A stretch of DNA of 64,000 nt from Bacillus subtilis subsp. subtilis str. 168 (GCF_000009045.1 NC_000964.3:496001-560000), one strand, 5' to 3'. Counted from the first letter of the stretch, positions 1-10,297 are shown. The notes: generated from the letters alone by a model not told the origin. Translations and numbers: made by a program.

Positions 1-561
1 GAGCCATTGGTTCTGGTGCATCGTGTCACGCGCCAGCAGGAAGCTGAGCATATCTTTGACGCCTTTGTCATCCGTCATTTCAAACAGGCGTGCGACCTGC
101 AGACGGCCCTGAGATTCCGCATTCAGGTTGGCGCGGAAGTCTGCCAGCAGGTTTCCGCTTGCTACGATATAACCGCCGCTCCAAGGTACGCCTGTACTGC
201 TTTCCGGCATGGCGCCAAGTCCTGATACAATCGCATGGTGAGGGTTCATGCCGCCTAGGATGGAGCCGATGACCGGATCTTCAGCAGCTTTTTCCTGCTG
301 ATCAAGAGGGGCATCCTCAAGAAGTCTGGCAATCATCGTTGCGATCATTTCAACATGCCCGAGCTCCTCAGTTGCCGTATCCATCAGCAAGTCCTTGTAT
401 TTTTCATTTCCTCTTGTGTTCCAGCCTTGAAATAAGTACTGCATGGCAACTGAAATTTCTCCGAATTGCCCGCCTAAAATTTCTTGCATTTTTTTAGCGA
501 ATAATGGATCTGGACGATCTGGTTTAGCAGGATGCTGCAGCATTTTTGTGTGCTTAAACAT
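1..561 (-). CDS. ydbD: Manganese-containing catalase family protein, 3' end truncated by the window edge
   Basis: Not in the ORF track. Reverse strand from ATG at 561 reads MFKHTKMLQHPAKPDRPDPLFAKKMQEILGGQFGEISVAMQYLFQG...TEELGHVEM, carrying Mn-catalase motifs. RBS AAAGGAG lies upstream. Confidence 0.9.
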   Translation of the reverse strand, partial: MFKHTKMLQHPAKPDRPDPLFAKKMQEILGGQFGEISVAMQYLFQGWNTRGNEKYKDLLMDTATEELGHVEMIATMIARLLEDAPLDQQEKAAEDPVIGSILGGMNPHHAIVSGLGAMPESSTGVPWSGGYIVASGNLLADFRANLNAESQGRLQVARLFEMTDDKGVKDMLSFLLARDTMHQNQWL

Positions 562-595
562 GTACCCATCTCCTTTTTCGTTTATCTCTTTTTAT

Positions 596-620
596 ATTTC
601 CGATCGATAGAAAGATAAAC
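596..620 (-). promoter_or_regulatory. Probable sigmaB promoter of ydbD
   Basis: Minus strand GTTTAT-N13-GGAAAT resembles the sigmaB consensus GTTTAA-N12-14-GGGWAW. Confidence 0.6.
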
Positions 621-645
621 GAAAAACAGCGTATCGAGATGGGAA

Positions 646-1698
646 CTATGAATCTTTTCGCAGCTCCAACAGTTCCCGGATCAGCTCCCGGCCAAAGATG
701 GGCTCATACTGCCGGTAAACAGGGTCAAGACGCTTCATCCATTCTTGTTTCTCTTTATCTGACAGCTCATAAATATGTATAGCAGAATTCTTTTTGATTT
801 CTTCCAGCTGCTCCTTGTTCATTTGTTCGGCATACGTTTCATTCCACTCCGTTGTCTCCTTCATCGCTTCAGTCAAAATGCGTCTTGTTTCTGGTGTTTG
901 CGCCTTCCAGAAGTGTTCATCAGTCATGACAGCGTAGCCGAGATAACCGTGGCTGCTTATTGTCAAATAGTCCTGAACATTATAAAATTTTTTAGAATAG
1001 ATGTTTGAAATTGTATTTTCTTCGCCATCGACTACATTGTTTTCTAACAGCTGAAAGGTAGAATTGAAGGATTCCTGATGAGGTGTTGCGCCAAGCAGCT
1101 TGAACTGATCCTCAATCACATCGCTTTGCATAATGCGCAGATCCTGCCCTTTTAAGTCATCCGGTGTTTTGACCGGCCCTTGATTTGTTGTGATTTGCTT
1201 AAAGCCGTTCGTCCAATAGGCCAATCCTTTCAATTGGTTTTTCTTTAGAGAATCAAACAGCTGTGTGCCGATGCTTCCGTTCAGCCCTTTTTTGACGGCG
1301 TTGTAATCTGTAAATGCATACGGCAGATCCAGCACTCCCCATTCAGGCGAGAGCATGCCGAGCTTCGATGTGGAGGGGGCGATAAATTGAACATCGCCGT
1401 TTTGCAATGCTTCAATTTCTTCAATGTCCGAGTACAGGCTTCCATTCGGAAATACTTCTATTTTTATTTTTCCGCCTGATTTTTCGTTCACCAGATCAGC
1501 GAATTTATTGGCGGCCAGCCCTTTTGGCGTATTTTCAGCAACCACGTGGCTGAATTTAAACACGATTTGATCCTGCAGGCCTTCCTGGTCGTCATCATAA
1601 ACAATCTTTTTATTGCCGGTATGATCATGGAATCCGATAAATAAAGCGGTTGCAATTCCAGCGATCATCAGTGCGAGACATGCAAGCAAACTCTTCAT
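646..1698 (-). CDS. dctB: TRAP-type (DctP family) C4-dicarboxylate-binding protein
   Basis: FSHVVAENTPKG and DLKGQDLRIM motifs, N-terminal anchor; divergent from dctSR. Confidence 0.92.
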   Translation of the reverse strand: MKSLLACLALMIAGIATALFIGFHDHTGNKKIVYDDDQEGLQDQIVFKFSHVVAENTPKGLAANKFADLVNEKSGGKIKIEVFPNGSLYSDIEEIEALQNGDVQFIAPSTSKLGMLSPEWGVLDLPYAFTDYNAVKKGLNGSIGTQLFDSLKKNQLKGLAYWTNGFKQITTNQGPVKTPDDLKGQDLRIMQSDVIEDQFKLLGATPHQESFNSTFQLLENNVVDGEENTISNIYSKKFYNVQDYLTISSHGYLGYAVMTDEHFWKAQTPETRRILTEAMKETTEWNETYAEQMNKEQLEEIKKNSAIHIYELSDKEKQEWMKRLDPVYRQYEPIFGRELIRELLELRKDS

Positions 1699-1767
1699 GA
1701 AAAGCCCTCCCCTATGTTAAGGATAATGGGGGCTATGACATTCGTAAAGACCTGAAAGGAGAAGCTG

Positions 1768-3375
1768 ATGAACAAAAAGAAGCTCTCAATCCGTTGGAAA
1801 ATCACGATCTTATCCTATATACTCGTCATTTTCTCCTTTTTGATCGGCGGCATTGTGCTCATCGGCAACATTCAGCATACAGAGGAGCGGGAGCTGAAAA
1901 AGCGGCTGATGAATACGGCCCGGACGGTGTCAGAGATGACAGAAGTGAAAGAAGCCTTGGCGCGAAAAAAACAAACAGAAGCGGTTCGCCATGCGGTTGA
2001 AGAAATCAGGATGATTAATGAAGCAGACTATATTGTCGTCATGGATATGAATCACATCCGATATACGCATCCTGTCAGCACAAGCATTGGCAAGAAATCA
2101 GAAGGTGCAGACGAGGAGGCAGCTTTTGCGGAGCACATTTATTTCTCTGAAGCAAAGGGCGAGATCGGCACGGCGGTTCGCGCTTTTTATCCGGTAAAGG
2201 ATCAAGACCTGAACCAAATAGGCGTGGTGCTTGTCGGAAAAACGCTGCCGGGGATCGCTGACATCCTGCTTCATTTAAAGCGTGATATCGCCTTCATCGT
2301 TGTGCTGACACTCGGCTTTGGCCTTGCTGGTTCCTTTTTGCTGGCCCGCCATATCAAAAAACAAATGTTTCAGCTTGAACCCCATGAGATTGTCCGAATG
2401 TATGAAGAACGGACAGCGACGTTTCACTCGATGAATGAAGGGGTGATCGCTATTGACAATCGTCTCGTCATTACGATCTTCAATGAAAAAGCGAAACAGA
2501 TCTTTGAAGTGCAGGGGGATCTAATCGGCAAGGTGATTTGGGAGGTTCTCAAGGATTCGCGCCTGCCCGAAATCGTGGAGCGGAACAAAGCGGTTTATAA
2601 TGAAGAAATTCGTGTCAGCGGTAAGGTGATCATGAGCAGCAGAATTCCGATCGTCATGAAGAAAAAAGTGATCGGCGCCGTTGCGATTTTTCAGGACAGA
2701 ACGGAAGCGGCCAAGATGGCAGAGGAATTGACTGGTGTCAGAAACTTTGTGGAGGCGCTCCGTGTCCAAAACCATGAGCATATGAATAAGCTGCACACGA
2801 TCGCCGGTCTCATCCAGCTGGGGAAATCTGAAAAAGCCTTGCAGCTTGCATTCCAGGCGTCAACTGAGCAGGAAAATGTGACTGAATTTCTGCACCGCTC
2901 GATTCAAAATGACGCTGCGGCAGGCCTTCTATTAAGTAAAATCAGAAGGGGAAGAGAGCTCGGCATTGCTGTTCATATAGATGAAAACAGCAGTCTTCAG
3001 CAATTTCCCGAGCATGTTGATCAGCATGATATTGTCGTGCTTTTGGGGAATCTGATTGAAAATGCCTTCGGCTCATTTGAAACCGTTCAATCTGAAGACA
3101 AACGAATTGACATTAGTATCGAACAAACAGATGATATCCTTGCTATTTTAATAGAAGATAACGGCTGCGGAATTGAACCGACACATATGCCTCGCCTTTA
3201 TGACAAAGGTTTTACGGTCAATAAAACTGGCGGCACAGGCTATGGCCTGTATCTAGTGAAACAAATCATAGACAAAGGATCGGGCACGATAGAAGTTGAT
3301 TCACATGCGGGGCAGGGGACATCTTTTTCTATCGTTTTTCCAATGAAGGGGGAGGAAGCACAGCATGGCTCGTAA
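1768..3375 (+). CDS. dctS: CitA-family sensor histidine kinase
   Basis: Two TM segments, PAS region, H-box LRVQNHEHMNKLH, GTGYGL G-box. Confidence 0.95.
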   Translation: MNKKKLSIRWKITILSYILVIFSFLIGGIVLIGNIQHTEERELKKRLMNTARTVSEMTEVKEALARKKQTEAVRHAVEEIRMINEADYIVVMDMNHIRYTHPVSTSIGKKSEGADEEAAFAEHIYFSEAKGEIGTAVRAFYPVKDQDLNQIGVVLVGKTLPGIADILLHLKRDIAFIVVLTLGFGLAGSFLLARHIKKQMFQLEPHEIVRMYEERTATFHSMNEGVIAIDNRLVITIFNEKAKQIFEVQGDLIGKVIWEVLKDSRLPEIVERNKAVYNEEIRVSGKVIMSSRIPIVMKKKVIGAVAIFQDRTEAAKMAEELTGVRNFVEALRVQNHEHMNKLHTIAGLIQLGKSEKALQLAFQASTEQENVTEFLHRSIQNDAAAGLLLSKIRRGRELGIAVHIDENSSLQQFPEHVDQHDIVVLLGNLIENAFGSFETVQSEDKRIDISIEQTDDILAILIEDNGCGIEPTHMPRLYDKGFTVNKTGGTGYGLYLVKQIIDKGSGTIEVDSHAGQGTSFSIVFPMKGEEAQHGS

Positions 3376-4045
3376 AGAATGGAAGGTTCTGCTCATTGAA
3401 GACGATCCGATGGTTCAAGAGGTCAATAAGGATTTCATTACAACTGTTAAAGGCGTTACTGTCTGTGCAACGGCAGGAAACGGAGAGGAAGGCATGAAGC
3501 TGATTAAAGAAGAACAGCCAGATCTCGTCATTCTCGATGTGTACATGCCGAAAAAAGACGGCATCAAGACCTTGCAGGAGATCAGAAAGCAAAAGCTTGA
3601 AGTGGATGTCATTGTCGTCTCCGCTGCAAAAGACAAGGAAACGATCTCACTCATGCTGCAAAACGGGGCGGTTGACTATATCTTAAAGCCGTTTAAGCTT
3701 GAGCGAATGAGACAGGCACTCGAAAAGTACAAGCAATATAAACAAAAAATCGAAGCGAATGATACGCTGTCCCAGGAACAGCTCGATGCGATCCTGAATA
3801 TTCCGCAGCAGGCCGTACAGGATCTGCCGAAAGGGTTGAATCACTTCACGATGAATGAAGTCACTGCTTTTTTGAAACAGCAAACCGCATCCCTTTCTGC
3901 TGAAGAGGTTGCCAAGGCGCTCGGCATCGCCAGAGTGACAGCCAGACGATATCTTGATTACTTAGAAAAAACCGGGATCATCAAATTGGACGTTCAATAC
4001 GGCGGAGTCGGCCGGCCGGTCAACCGCTACGTGTTAAAAGGATAA
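3365..4045 (+). CDS. dctR: CitB-family response regulator
   Basis: Receiver domain (LLIEDD, LDVYMP) and C-terminal HTH (SAEEVAKALGIARVTARRYL). Confidence 0.95.
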   Translation: MARKEWKVLLIEDDPMVQEVNKDFITTVKGVTVCATAGNGEEGMKLIKEEQPDLVILDVYMPKKDGIKTLQEIRKQKLEVDVIVVSAAKDKETISLMLQNGAVDYILKPFKLERMRQALEKYKQYKQKIEANDTLSQEQLDAILNIPQQAVQDLPKGLNHFTMNEVTAFLKQQTASLSAEEVAKALGIARVTARRYLDYLEKTGIIKLDVQYGGVGRPVNRYVLKG

Positions 4046-4050
4046 ACCTG

Positions 4051-4068
4051 AGACCAAAAAGACCAAAA
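4051..4068 (+). promoter_or_regulatory. Tandem AGACCAAAA repeats, probable DctR binding site
   Basis: Two adjacent 9-bp direct repeats upstream of dctP. Confidence 0.6.
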
Positions 4069-4102
4069 TGTCCGTTATGATCATAAACTTCCCCAGACTG
4101 TA

Positions 4103-4116
4103 TGAAAACGCTATCA
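4103..4116 (+). promoter_or_regulatory. cre site (CcpA)
   Basis: TGAAAACGCTATCA fits TGWAANCGNTNWCA. Confidence 0.75.
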
Positions 4117-4165
4117 TTCTAGTAAGAAAGACACAAAAGGCGAATAGGACAGGGGGATGAAGGAT

Positions 4166-5431
4166 ATGAAACTGTTTAAAAATTTAACAGTTCAGGTCAT
4201 AACCGCGGTCATCATCGGGGTCATTGTCGGGCTGGTCTGGCCGGATGTCGGCAAAGAAATGAAACCGCTTGGTGATACATTTATCAACGCTGTTAAAATG
4301 GTGATCGCACCAATCATTTTCTTCACAATCGTTCTCGGGATTGCAAAAATGGGCGATATGAAGAAGGTTGGAAAAGTAGGGGGAAAAGCGTTTATCTATT
4401 TCGAGGTTGTCACCACCCTCGCACTCATTATCGGTTTATTTGTCGTCAATATTATGAAGCCGGGTGCGGGTCTTGATTACAGCAAGCTTGAAAAAGGAGA
4501 TGTATCACAATACACGCAAAATGGCGGTCAGGGAATCGACTGGATTGAATTTATTACACACATTGTTCCGTCCAACATGGTTGATGCCTTCGCAAAAGGG
4601 GACATTTTGCAGGTCTTATTCTTTTCTATTCTTTTCGGAGTGGGTCTTGCGGCATTAGGCGAAAAAGGAAAAAGCGTCATTGATTTCTTCGACAAGGTTT
4701 CTCACGTTTTTTTCAAAATTATCGGCTACATTATGCGTGCCGCGCCAATCGGGGCATTCGGGGCGATGGCGTATACAATCGGACACTTCGGGCTCGATTC
4801 CATCAAACCGCTGGCAAGCTTAATGATGTCTGTTTATATTACGATGTTCCTGTTCGTATTTGTTGCTTTAAATATCATCTGCAAGCTTTACGGATTCAGC
4901 CTGTGGAATTACCTTCGCTTCATTAAGGATGAGCTTTTGATCGTGCTTGGCACAAGCTCTTCCGAATCGGTGCTTCCGCGTATGATGGATAAAATGGAGC
5001 GCTACGGCTGTTCCAAATCCGTTGTCGGGCTTGTTATTCCGACGGGCTATTCGTTTAACCTCGACGGCACATCCATCTATTTATCAATGGCGACTGTCTT
5101 TTTGGCACAGGTGTTTGGAGTAGACCTCAGCATCGGCCAGCAAATTACGATTATCCTCGTTCTGATGCTGACATCGAAGGGAGCGGCAGGTGTGACGGGA
5201 AGCGGATTTATCGTCCTTGCCTCAACGCTGTCAGCGCTGCAGGTCATTCCGCTGGAGGGGCTTGCACTCCTGCTCGGGGTCGACCGTTTCATGAGTGAAG
5301 GAAGAGCCATTGTGAACCTGATCGGAAACGGAATCGCCACGATCATTGTTGCCAAAAGCGAAAATGAATTTGATGAAGCAAAAAGCATAGAGGCTGTTGA
5401 AGGCATGAAAAAAATGAAAACAGCAGTCTGA
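4166..5431 (+). CDS. dctP: C4-dicarboxylate:H+ symporter (DAACS family)
   Basis: GTSSSES and GYSFNLDG DAACS motifs. Start placed at the ATG correctly spaced from the GGGGG RBS (the ORF track starts at 4157). Confidence 0.95.
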   Translation: MKLFKNLTVQVITAVIIGVIVGLVWPDVGKEMKPLGDTFINAVKMVIAPIIFFTIVLGIAKMGDMKKVGKVGGKAFIYFEVVTTLALIIGLFVVNIMKPGAGLDYSKLEKGDVSQYTQNGGQGIDWIEFITHIVPSNMVDAFAKGDILQVLFFSILFGVGLAALGEKGKSVIDFFDKVSHVFFKIIGYIMRAAPIGAFGAMAYTIGHFGLDSIKPLASLMMSVYITMFLFVFVALNIICKLYGFSLWNYLRFIKDELLIVLGTSSSESVLPRMMDKMERYGCSKSVVGLVIPTGYSFNLDGTSIYLSMATVFLAQVFGVDLSIGQQITIILVLMLTSKGAAGVTGSGFIVLASTLSALQVIPLEGLALLLGVDRFMSEGRAIVNLIGNGIATIIVAKSENEFDEAKSIEAVEGMKKMKTAV

Positions 5432-5437
5432 AAAAAG

Positions 5438-5464
5438 AACGGCCCATCCATGGGCCGTTTTTTT
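5438..5464 (+). terminator. Intrinsic terminator after dctP
   Basis: AACGGCCCA-TCCA-TGGGCCGTT followed by a T run. Confidence 0.8.
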
Positions 5465-5578
5465 AATTGTTTAAGAATTATTAAGGTAAGGACAGAGACC
5501 TCAGCATTTTTTTGTTATATAATTTACAAATGGATACTATATTGAATGAAGGACGTTTGTCCTAACAGGAGTGTATAA

Positions 5579-6631
5579 ATGGCCGCTTTAGTTAAATTTT
5601 TTCAGCACCCGGGAGTAAGGCGTTTCTCCATCTTTGTCGTGTTAACTGGTGTGTTATATCTATTTAAGAGCATGATCAACTTAATATTGCTTACCTTCAT
5701 TTTCACATTTCTAATGGATCGTTTGGAGCTTGTCGTGCGGCAGTTTGTAAGCCAGTTCTTCCGCGTGAGCCAGCGGGTTGTCATTACGTTTCTTTACATG
5801 TTGCTGGCTGTGCTGCTTACAGTCGGGGGCTTTGTGTTTTATCCGGTCGTCGCGGCGCAGATCCAGCAGCTGGTAAAGCAGATTAAACATATTGCGTATC
5901 ATCCTGACAGCATCCCTTTCTTTGATGAGATCACCAGTGTCTTCGGAGATATTAACATCAGTTCATATGTCAAAGAGGGCTTCAATGTAGTGTATACGTA
6001 TCTGGCCGATATCAGCACATTCGGCTTGCAGGTCGTGATGGCGCTCATTCTTAGCATGTTTTTCTTATTTGAGAAAAAACGGCTTTCTGAATTCATGGCG
6101 AAATTTAAAACGAGCAAACTTAGGGTCTTTTATGAGGAGATTGCTTTTTTCGGAAGCAAATTTGCAAGAACGTTCGGCAAGGTGCTCGAGGCTCAATTTA
6201 TCATTGCGCTCGTCAACTGTATTCTGACGTTTATCGCGCTTTGGATTATGCATTTTCCGCAGCTGTTTGGGCTTTCGATTATGGTGTTCTTCCTTGGATT
6301 GATCCCTGTAGCAGGCGTCGTCATTTCCCTGATTCCGCTCAGCATTATCGCCTACAGCACTGGCGGTGGAATGTATGTGCTCTACATTGTCCTTGTCATA
6401 TTCGCCATTCATGCGATCGAAACCTATTTCTTAAATCCGAAGCTGATGTCGGCGAAAACAGAGCTGCCAATCTTTTTCACCTTCACAGTACTCATTTTCT
6501 CTGAACACTTCTTCGGCATTTGGGGTTTAATTATCGGGATTCCGATCTTTGTGTTTCTCCTTGATATTCTGGATGTCACCAACAAGGAAGATAGGTCTAA
6601 AGGACCCCGAGAGAATAGCGATAAAAAGTAG
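5579..6631 (+). CDS. ydbI: AI-2E family transporter
   Basis: Multi-TM protein with GLIPVAG and YFLNPKLMS motifs. Confidence 0.85.
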   Translation: MAALVKFFQHPGVRRFSIFVVLTGVLYLFKSMINLILLTFIFTFLMDRLELVVRQFVSQFFRVSQRVVITFLYMLLAVLLTVGGFVFYPVVAAQIQQLVKQIKHIAYHPDSIPFFDEITSVFGDINISSYVKEGFNVVYTYLADISTFGLQVVMALILSMFFLFEKKRLSEFMAKFKTSKLRVFYEEIAFFGSKFARTFGKVLEAQFIIALVNCILTFIALWIMHFPQLFGLSIMVFFLGLIPVAGVVISLIPLSIIAYSTGGGMYVLYIVLVIFAIHAIETYFLNPKLMSAKTELPIFFTFTVLIFSEHFFGIWGLIIGIPIFVFLLDILDVTNKEDRSKGPRENSDKK

Positions 6632-6907
6632 TTTAAAATCGAATAATGAGTGTGCCTCGATCTGCCGGCCTGCCTGTTCAGGGCATGGAATTAAGACTCG
6701 GAATCGGAGCTTGGCATTGCCTTGCACAGTGGTGAACACAACAGGTGACAATGCTTGTCATCAGTACGGAAACTGAAAAGAACAAACAGTCGGAGCAAAC
6801 GCTCATCATCGGTTTAACCAAACATTTGGAAGCAACAAATGCTATAATACAAACAGTGCCTAATGTTGGGCACTGTTTATTTTTTGTCGAAAAAGGAGGA
6901 AGGCTTT

Positions 6908-7834
6908 ATGGCTGAGCCGATTTTACATATTGAAGGCCTCGATAAAAAAATTGGGTCTAAACAGATTTTAAAACAGATCAGCATGGACGTCATGGAGGGT
7001 GAAATCATCGGCCTTCTCGGTCCGAATGGTTCCGGAAAAACAACACTCATCCGTATCATCGTCGGGCTGTTGAAACAAAACAGCGGAAGCGTGACAATCA
7101 GCGGATTCCAGCATGATACAGAGTTTGAAAAAGCGATGGAAGCGGTTGGAGCGATTGTTGAGAACCCTGAGTTCTATCCGTACCTGACAGGCTGGGAAAA
7201 CCTCAAGCACTTTGCGAATATGCACAAAAAAATAGCGGATGAACGGCTTGATGAAGTGGTGGAACGTGTCGGGCTGACGTCAGCGATTCATGATAAGGTG
7301 AAAACCTATTCCCTTGGGATGCGCCAGCGTCTGGGAATCGCCCAGGCAATTCTTCACCGGCCGAAGCTTCTCATTCTAGATGAACCGACAAACGGCCTCG
7401 ATCCTGCGGGGATGAAGGATTTTCGGGATCATATTAAGGAACTCGCAGAAATGGAAGGAACAGCTGTCCTGTTCGCCACTCATTTATTGCGCGAGGTTGA
7501 AGACTTGTGCGACCGTGTCATCATCATTCAAAAAGGTGAGATCAAAGCGGAAGTCAGCTTACAAGGAACCGATCAAACCACAGAAAAAGCGATTATAGAA
7601 GTGCAGCCGCAAGAAAAAGCGCTCAATTGGCTGACAGGCAATCAATATCAAGCTGAGAGCCAAGACGGGACGATTGTAGTTGAGGTGGCAAAAGAAAACA
7701 TACCGGAGCTGAACCGATCACTTGTCGGACAAGATCTGAATGTATTTTCCATTACGCCTTACACGCAGTCACTGGAAGACGAATTTATAAAAGCGACAAC
7801 AGCTCATCAAGAGGAGGGAGAAGAGCTTGTCTAA
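6908..7834 (+). CDS. ydbJ: ABC transporter ATP-binding protein
   Basis: GPNGSGKT Walker A, YSLGMRQ signature, LILDEP Walker B. ATG at 6908 follows RBS AAAGGAGG. Confidence 0.92.
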   Translation: MAEPILHIEGLDKKIGSKQILKQISMDVMEGEIIGLLGPNGSGKTTLIRIIVGLLKQNSGSVTISGFQHDTEFEKAMEAVGAIVENPEFYPYLTGWENLKHFANMHKKIADERLDEVVERVGLTSAIHDKVKTYSLGMRQRLGIAQAILHRPKLLILDEPTNGLDPAGMKDFRDHIKELAEMEGTAVLFATHLLREVEDLCDRVIIIQKGEIKAEVSLQGTDQTTEKAIIEVQPQEKALNWLTGNQYQAESQDGTIVVEVAKENIPELNRSLVGQDLNVFSITPYTQSLEDEFIKATTAHQEEGEELV

Positions 7835-8594
7835 ATTAATTTGGAATGAACATATGAAACTTTTTAATCGGAAGGTCACTTTGGTTTCTCTTATCCTGAT
7901 GGCTGTCTTTCAATTCTTCATGGCATTGATCATTAAACGGATTGTCATCAGTGCCGGAACAGATGAAAACTTCATCGGCTATTTATCGTATACACCGAGC
8001 CTGAACATTTTGCTGCAGGCTTTAACGATCGTAATTGCAGCAACAATTGTTTCGATGGAATTTGATAAAAAGACGATCAAATTTTTGCTCATTCGTCCGG
8101 TTAAACGCCAAAAGGTCTTTTGGTCAAAATTAATCACAGTCGTGATGGTCAGCTTCTATTTGTATTTGGCATACTACATTCTGGCATTATTATTCGGTCT
8201 CTTGTTTTTTGGCACATCGGTGACTGCGGAATCAAAGACATTGCTGGTCAACACCTTGGCGCTGATCGGGTCAAACTGGCTTGAAGCTGTAATGATGGGA
8301 TTATTCGGGCTGCTTTGTTCTTCGCTGTTCCGCAATAGCGCGGTAGCAGTTGTTGTTTCTTTTGTCGTTTTATACGGAGCGAGTACACTTGTTCAGCTCA
8401 TGAAGTTGTTTGAAAACAAGTGGGGCAGCTTTTTGCTTTTTGCGAACACTGACTTTACGCAATACAGAAGCGGAGAGACAGCGTTGTTTTCAGGCATGAC
8501 GCCATTGTTTTCAATTGGAATTCTCATCATACATGCCATATTCTTCATCGTTGTTGGCTGGTGGTGCTTCTGTAAACGGGATGTTCGGGTCTAA
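7827..8594 (+). CDS. ydbK: ABC-2 type permease
   Basis: Hydrophobic protein with EFDKKTIKFLLIRP motif; overlaps the ydbJ stop. Confidence 0.88.
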   Translation: MSKLIWNEHMKLFNRKVTLVSLILMAVFQFFMALIIKRIVISAGTDENFIGYLSYTPSLNILLQALTIVIAATIVSMEFDKKTIKFLLIRPVKRQKVFWSKLITVVMVSFYLYLAYYILALLFGLLFFGTSVTAESKTLLVNTLALIGSNWLEAVMMGLFGLLCSSLFRNSAVAVVVSFVVLYGASTLVQLMKLFENKWGSFLLFANTDFTQYRSGETALFSGMTPLFSIGILIIHAIFFIVVGWWCFCKRDVRV

Positions 8595-8688
8595 AGGCAA
8601 GGAATGACATTTTTGTGAAAAAGCTCACGTAAATCAATATCATTTGATATTTTGGTTTATACTAAAGGTACTGACGGAGGTGTCTCGA

Positions 8689-9024
8689 TTGAGGAACTTT
8701 ATTACCGCTTTACCGATCGTATTGCTGCTTGGATTCTCATTTGTGTCATTCATGTTTCAGTTTGAACATCTTGTTTATTTCAGGCTCGCGCTTGGGTTGT
8801 TTTCTCTCGTGGGACTGTACATGATATATAAAATGAAGACGGGCATCCGCTATTTTATCATCTATCTGTATGCCAGCTGGATTGTGTTGGCCGCAGTGAC
8901 CGCTTTTGAAGAGCCGATTTTCTCAAGCTTTTTCTTTGGCGGCCTGGTGATGACGATGGGTTACCTGACATATATGCTGATTTATCTCGGCATGAAACAA
9001 GACCGGGATGCAAATCCTGTGTAA
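8689..9024 (+). CDS. ydbL: Small membrane protein of unknown function
   Basis: TTG start after GGAGG RBS; four hydrophobic segments. Confidence 0.8.
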   Translation: MRNFITALPIVLLLGFSFVSFMFQFEHLVYFRLALGLFSLVGLYMIYKMKTGIRYFIIYLYASWIVLAAVTAFEEPIFSSFFFGGLVMTMGYLTYMLIYLGMKQDRDANPV

Positions 9025-9025
9025 T

Positions 9026-9057
9026 CGCGCTGTTCCCTTGGGGAACGGCGTGTTTTT
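9026..9057 (+). terminator. Intrinsic terminator after ydbL
   Basis: CGCGCTGTTCCC-TTG-GGGAACGGCGTG followed by a T run. Confidence 0.7.
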
Positions 9058-9151
9058 CTATACTGGGCAAAAGGTTAACAGTTGCGGAAAAATGGCAGGA
9101 AATCTATAATACATATTAAATTTATCGGAATTAAAACTGGGGGGCTGCCGG

Positions 9152-10297
9152 ATGTCATTATTTATACAAAACGATCAACAGCGGCAATGGATGGAGAAAA
9201 TCGGACGGATTGCGGATGAATTTCAGCAAACAGCTGCTGAAGATGACGAACAGGGACGTTTTCCTGCAGAGAAAATACAAAAACTGCGTGATGCTGGGTA
9301 TACAGCATTAACATTGCCGGCATCTCATGGCGGAGGGGGCATTTCTGTTTACGATATGCTCTTGTTTCAAGAACGGCTTGCACGGGGAGATGCTCCGACG
9401 GCTCTTAGCATCGGCTGGCATTTGAGCGTGATCGGGGAGCTTGGAGAAGGCAACAGCTGGGATGAAGACGTATTTGCATTTGTTGCCAAGGAAGTCCAAA
9501 ACGGAGCCGTCATTAACAGGGCGGCGACTGAAGCGAAAACCGGAAGCCCGACAAGAGGAGGGCGTCCCGGTACACACGCCGTCAAAAAGGATGGCAAATG
9601 GGCAGTGAACGGGAGAAAAACCTTTACGACGATGTCACAAGCTCTGGATTATTTTTTAGTAACCGCATGGATTGAGGACAAACAAACAACAGGCGTGTTT
9701 CTCATTCATAAAGATGATCCCGGCTTGTCGATTGAAGAAACGTGGGATATGATGGCGATGCGGGCGACTGGGAGCCATGACCTTGTACTGAACGAAGTAA
9801 TGCTTGATGAGAATAAGCTGGTGGAACTGCTTCAAGGGCCTCGTGGAGCTAAGCCGAATGGCTGGCTGCTTCACATTCCTGCGATTTATCTTGGTGTGGC
9901 TCAAGCTGCTCGTGACTATGCAGTGCAATTTGCATCTGAGTATTCTCCAAACAGCTTGAATGGACCGATCAAGAATGTCCCGGCCGTACAGCAAAGAACA
10001 GGCGAAATGGAGCTTGAACTGCTCAATGCCAGACACTTTCTTTTCCATATCGCTCAATTGTATGACGATCCGGTGCGGCGTCCACACTTGACCAGCGAGC
10101 TCGGTGCGGCGAAACATATCGTCACAAACGCTGCGCTGTCTGTTGTTGATAAAGCGATGAGAATTGTCGGGGCCAAAAGCCTGGAACGAACCAACCCGCT
10201 TCAGCGCTATTACCGTGATGTGCGCGCCGGTCTTCACAACCCGCCGATGGATGACGCCGTGATACACAAGCTGGCAGCTGAAGCGTTTGAGTCATAA
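9152..10297 (+). CDS. ydbM: Acyl-CoA dehydrogenase family protein
   Basis: VNGRKTFTT, MRATGSH and LQRYYRDVR motifs. Confidence 0.9.
   Translation: MSLFIQNDQQRQWMEKIGRIADEFQQTAAEDDEQGRFPAEKIQKLRDAGYTALTLPASHGGGGISVYDMLLFQERLARGDAPTALSIGWHLSVIGELGEGNSWDEDVFAFVAKEVQNGAVINRAATEAKTGSPTRGGRPGTHAVKKDGKWAVNGRKTFTTMSQALDYFLVTAWIEDKQTTGVFLIHKDDPGLSIEETWDMMAMRATGSHDLVLNEVMLDENKLVELLQGPRGAKPNGWLLHIPAIYLGVAQAARDYAVQFASEYSPNSLNGPIKNVPAVQQRTGEMELELLNARHFLFHIAQLYDDPVRRPHLTSELGAAKHIVTNAALSVVDKAMRIVGAKSLERTNPLQRYYRDVRAGLHNPPMDDAVIHKLAAEAFES

Noticed and set aside
6549-6915. Several short ORFs, some Cys-rich, in the ydbI-ydbJ gap
   Set aside because: No RBS, mutually overlapping frames, and no recognisable precursor-peptide or modification-enzyme context.
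9656-10267. 203-aa ORF antisense to ydbM, and similar shadow ORFs (e.g. 5077-5451, 13837-14223, 36928-37428, 59097-59447)
   Set aside because: They lie fully opposite well-supported genes, lack RBSs and recognisable motifs, and are expected from codon bias.
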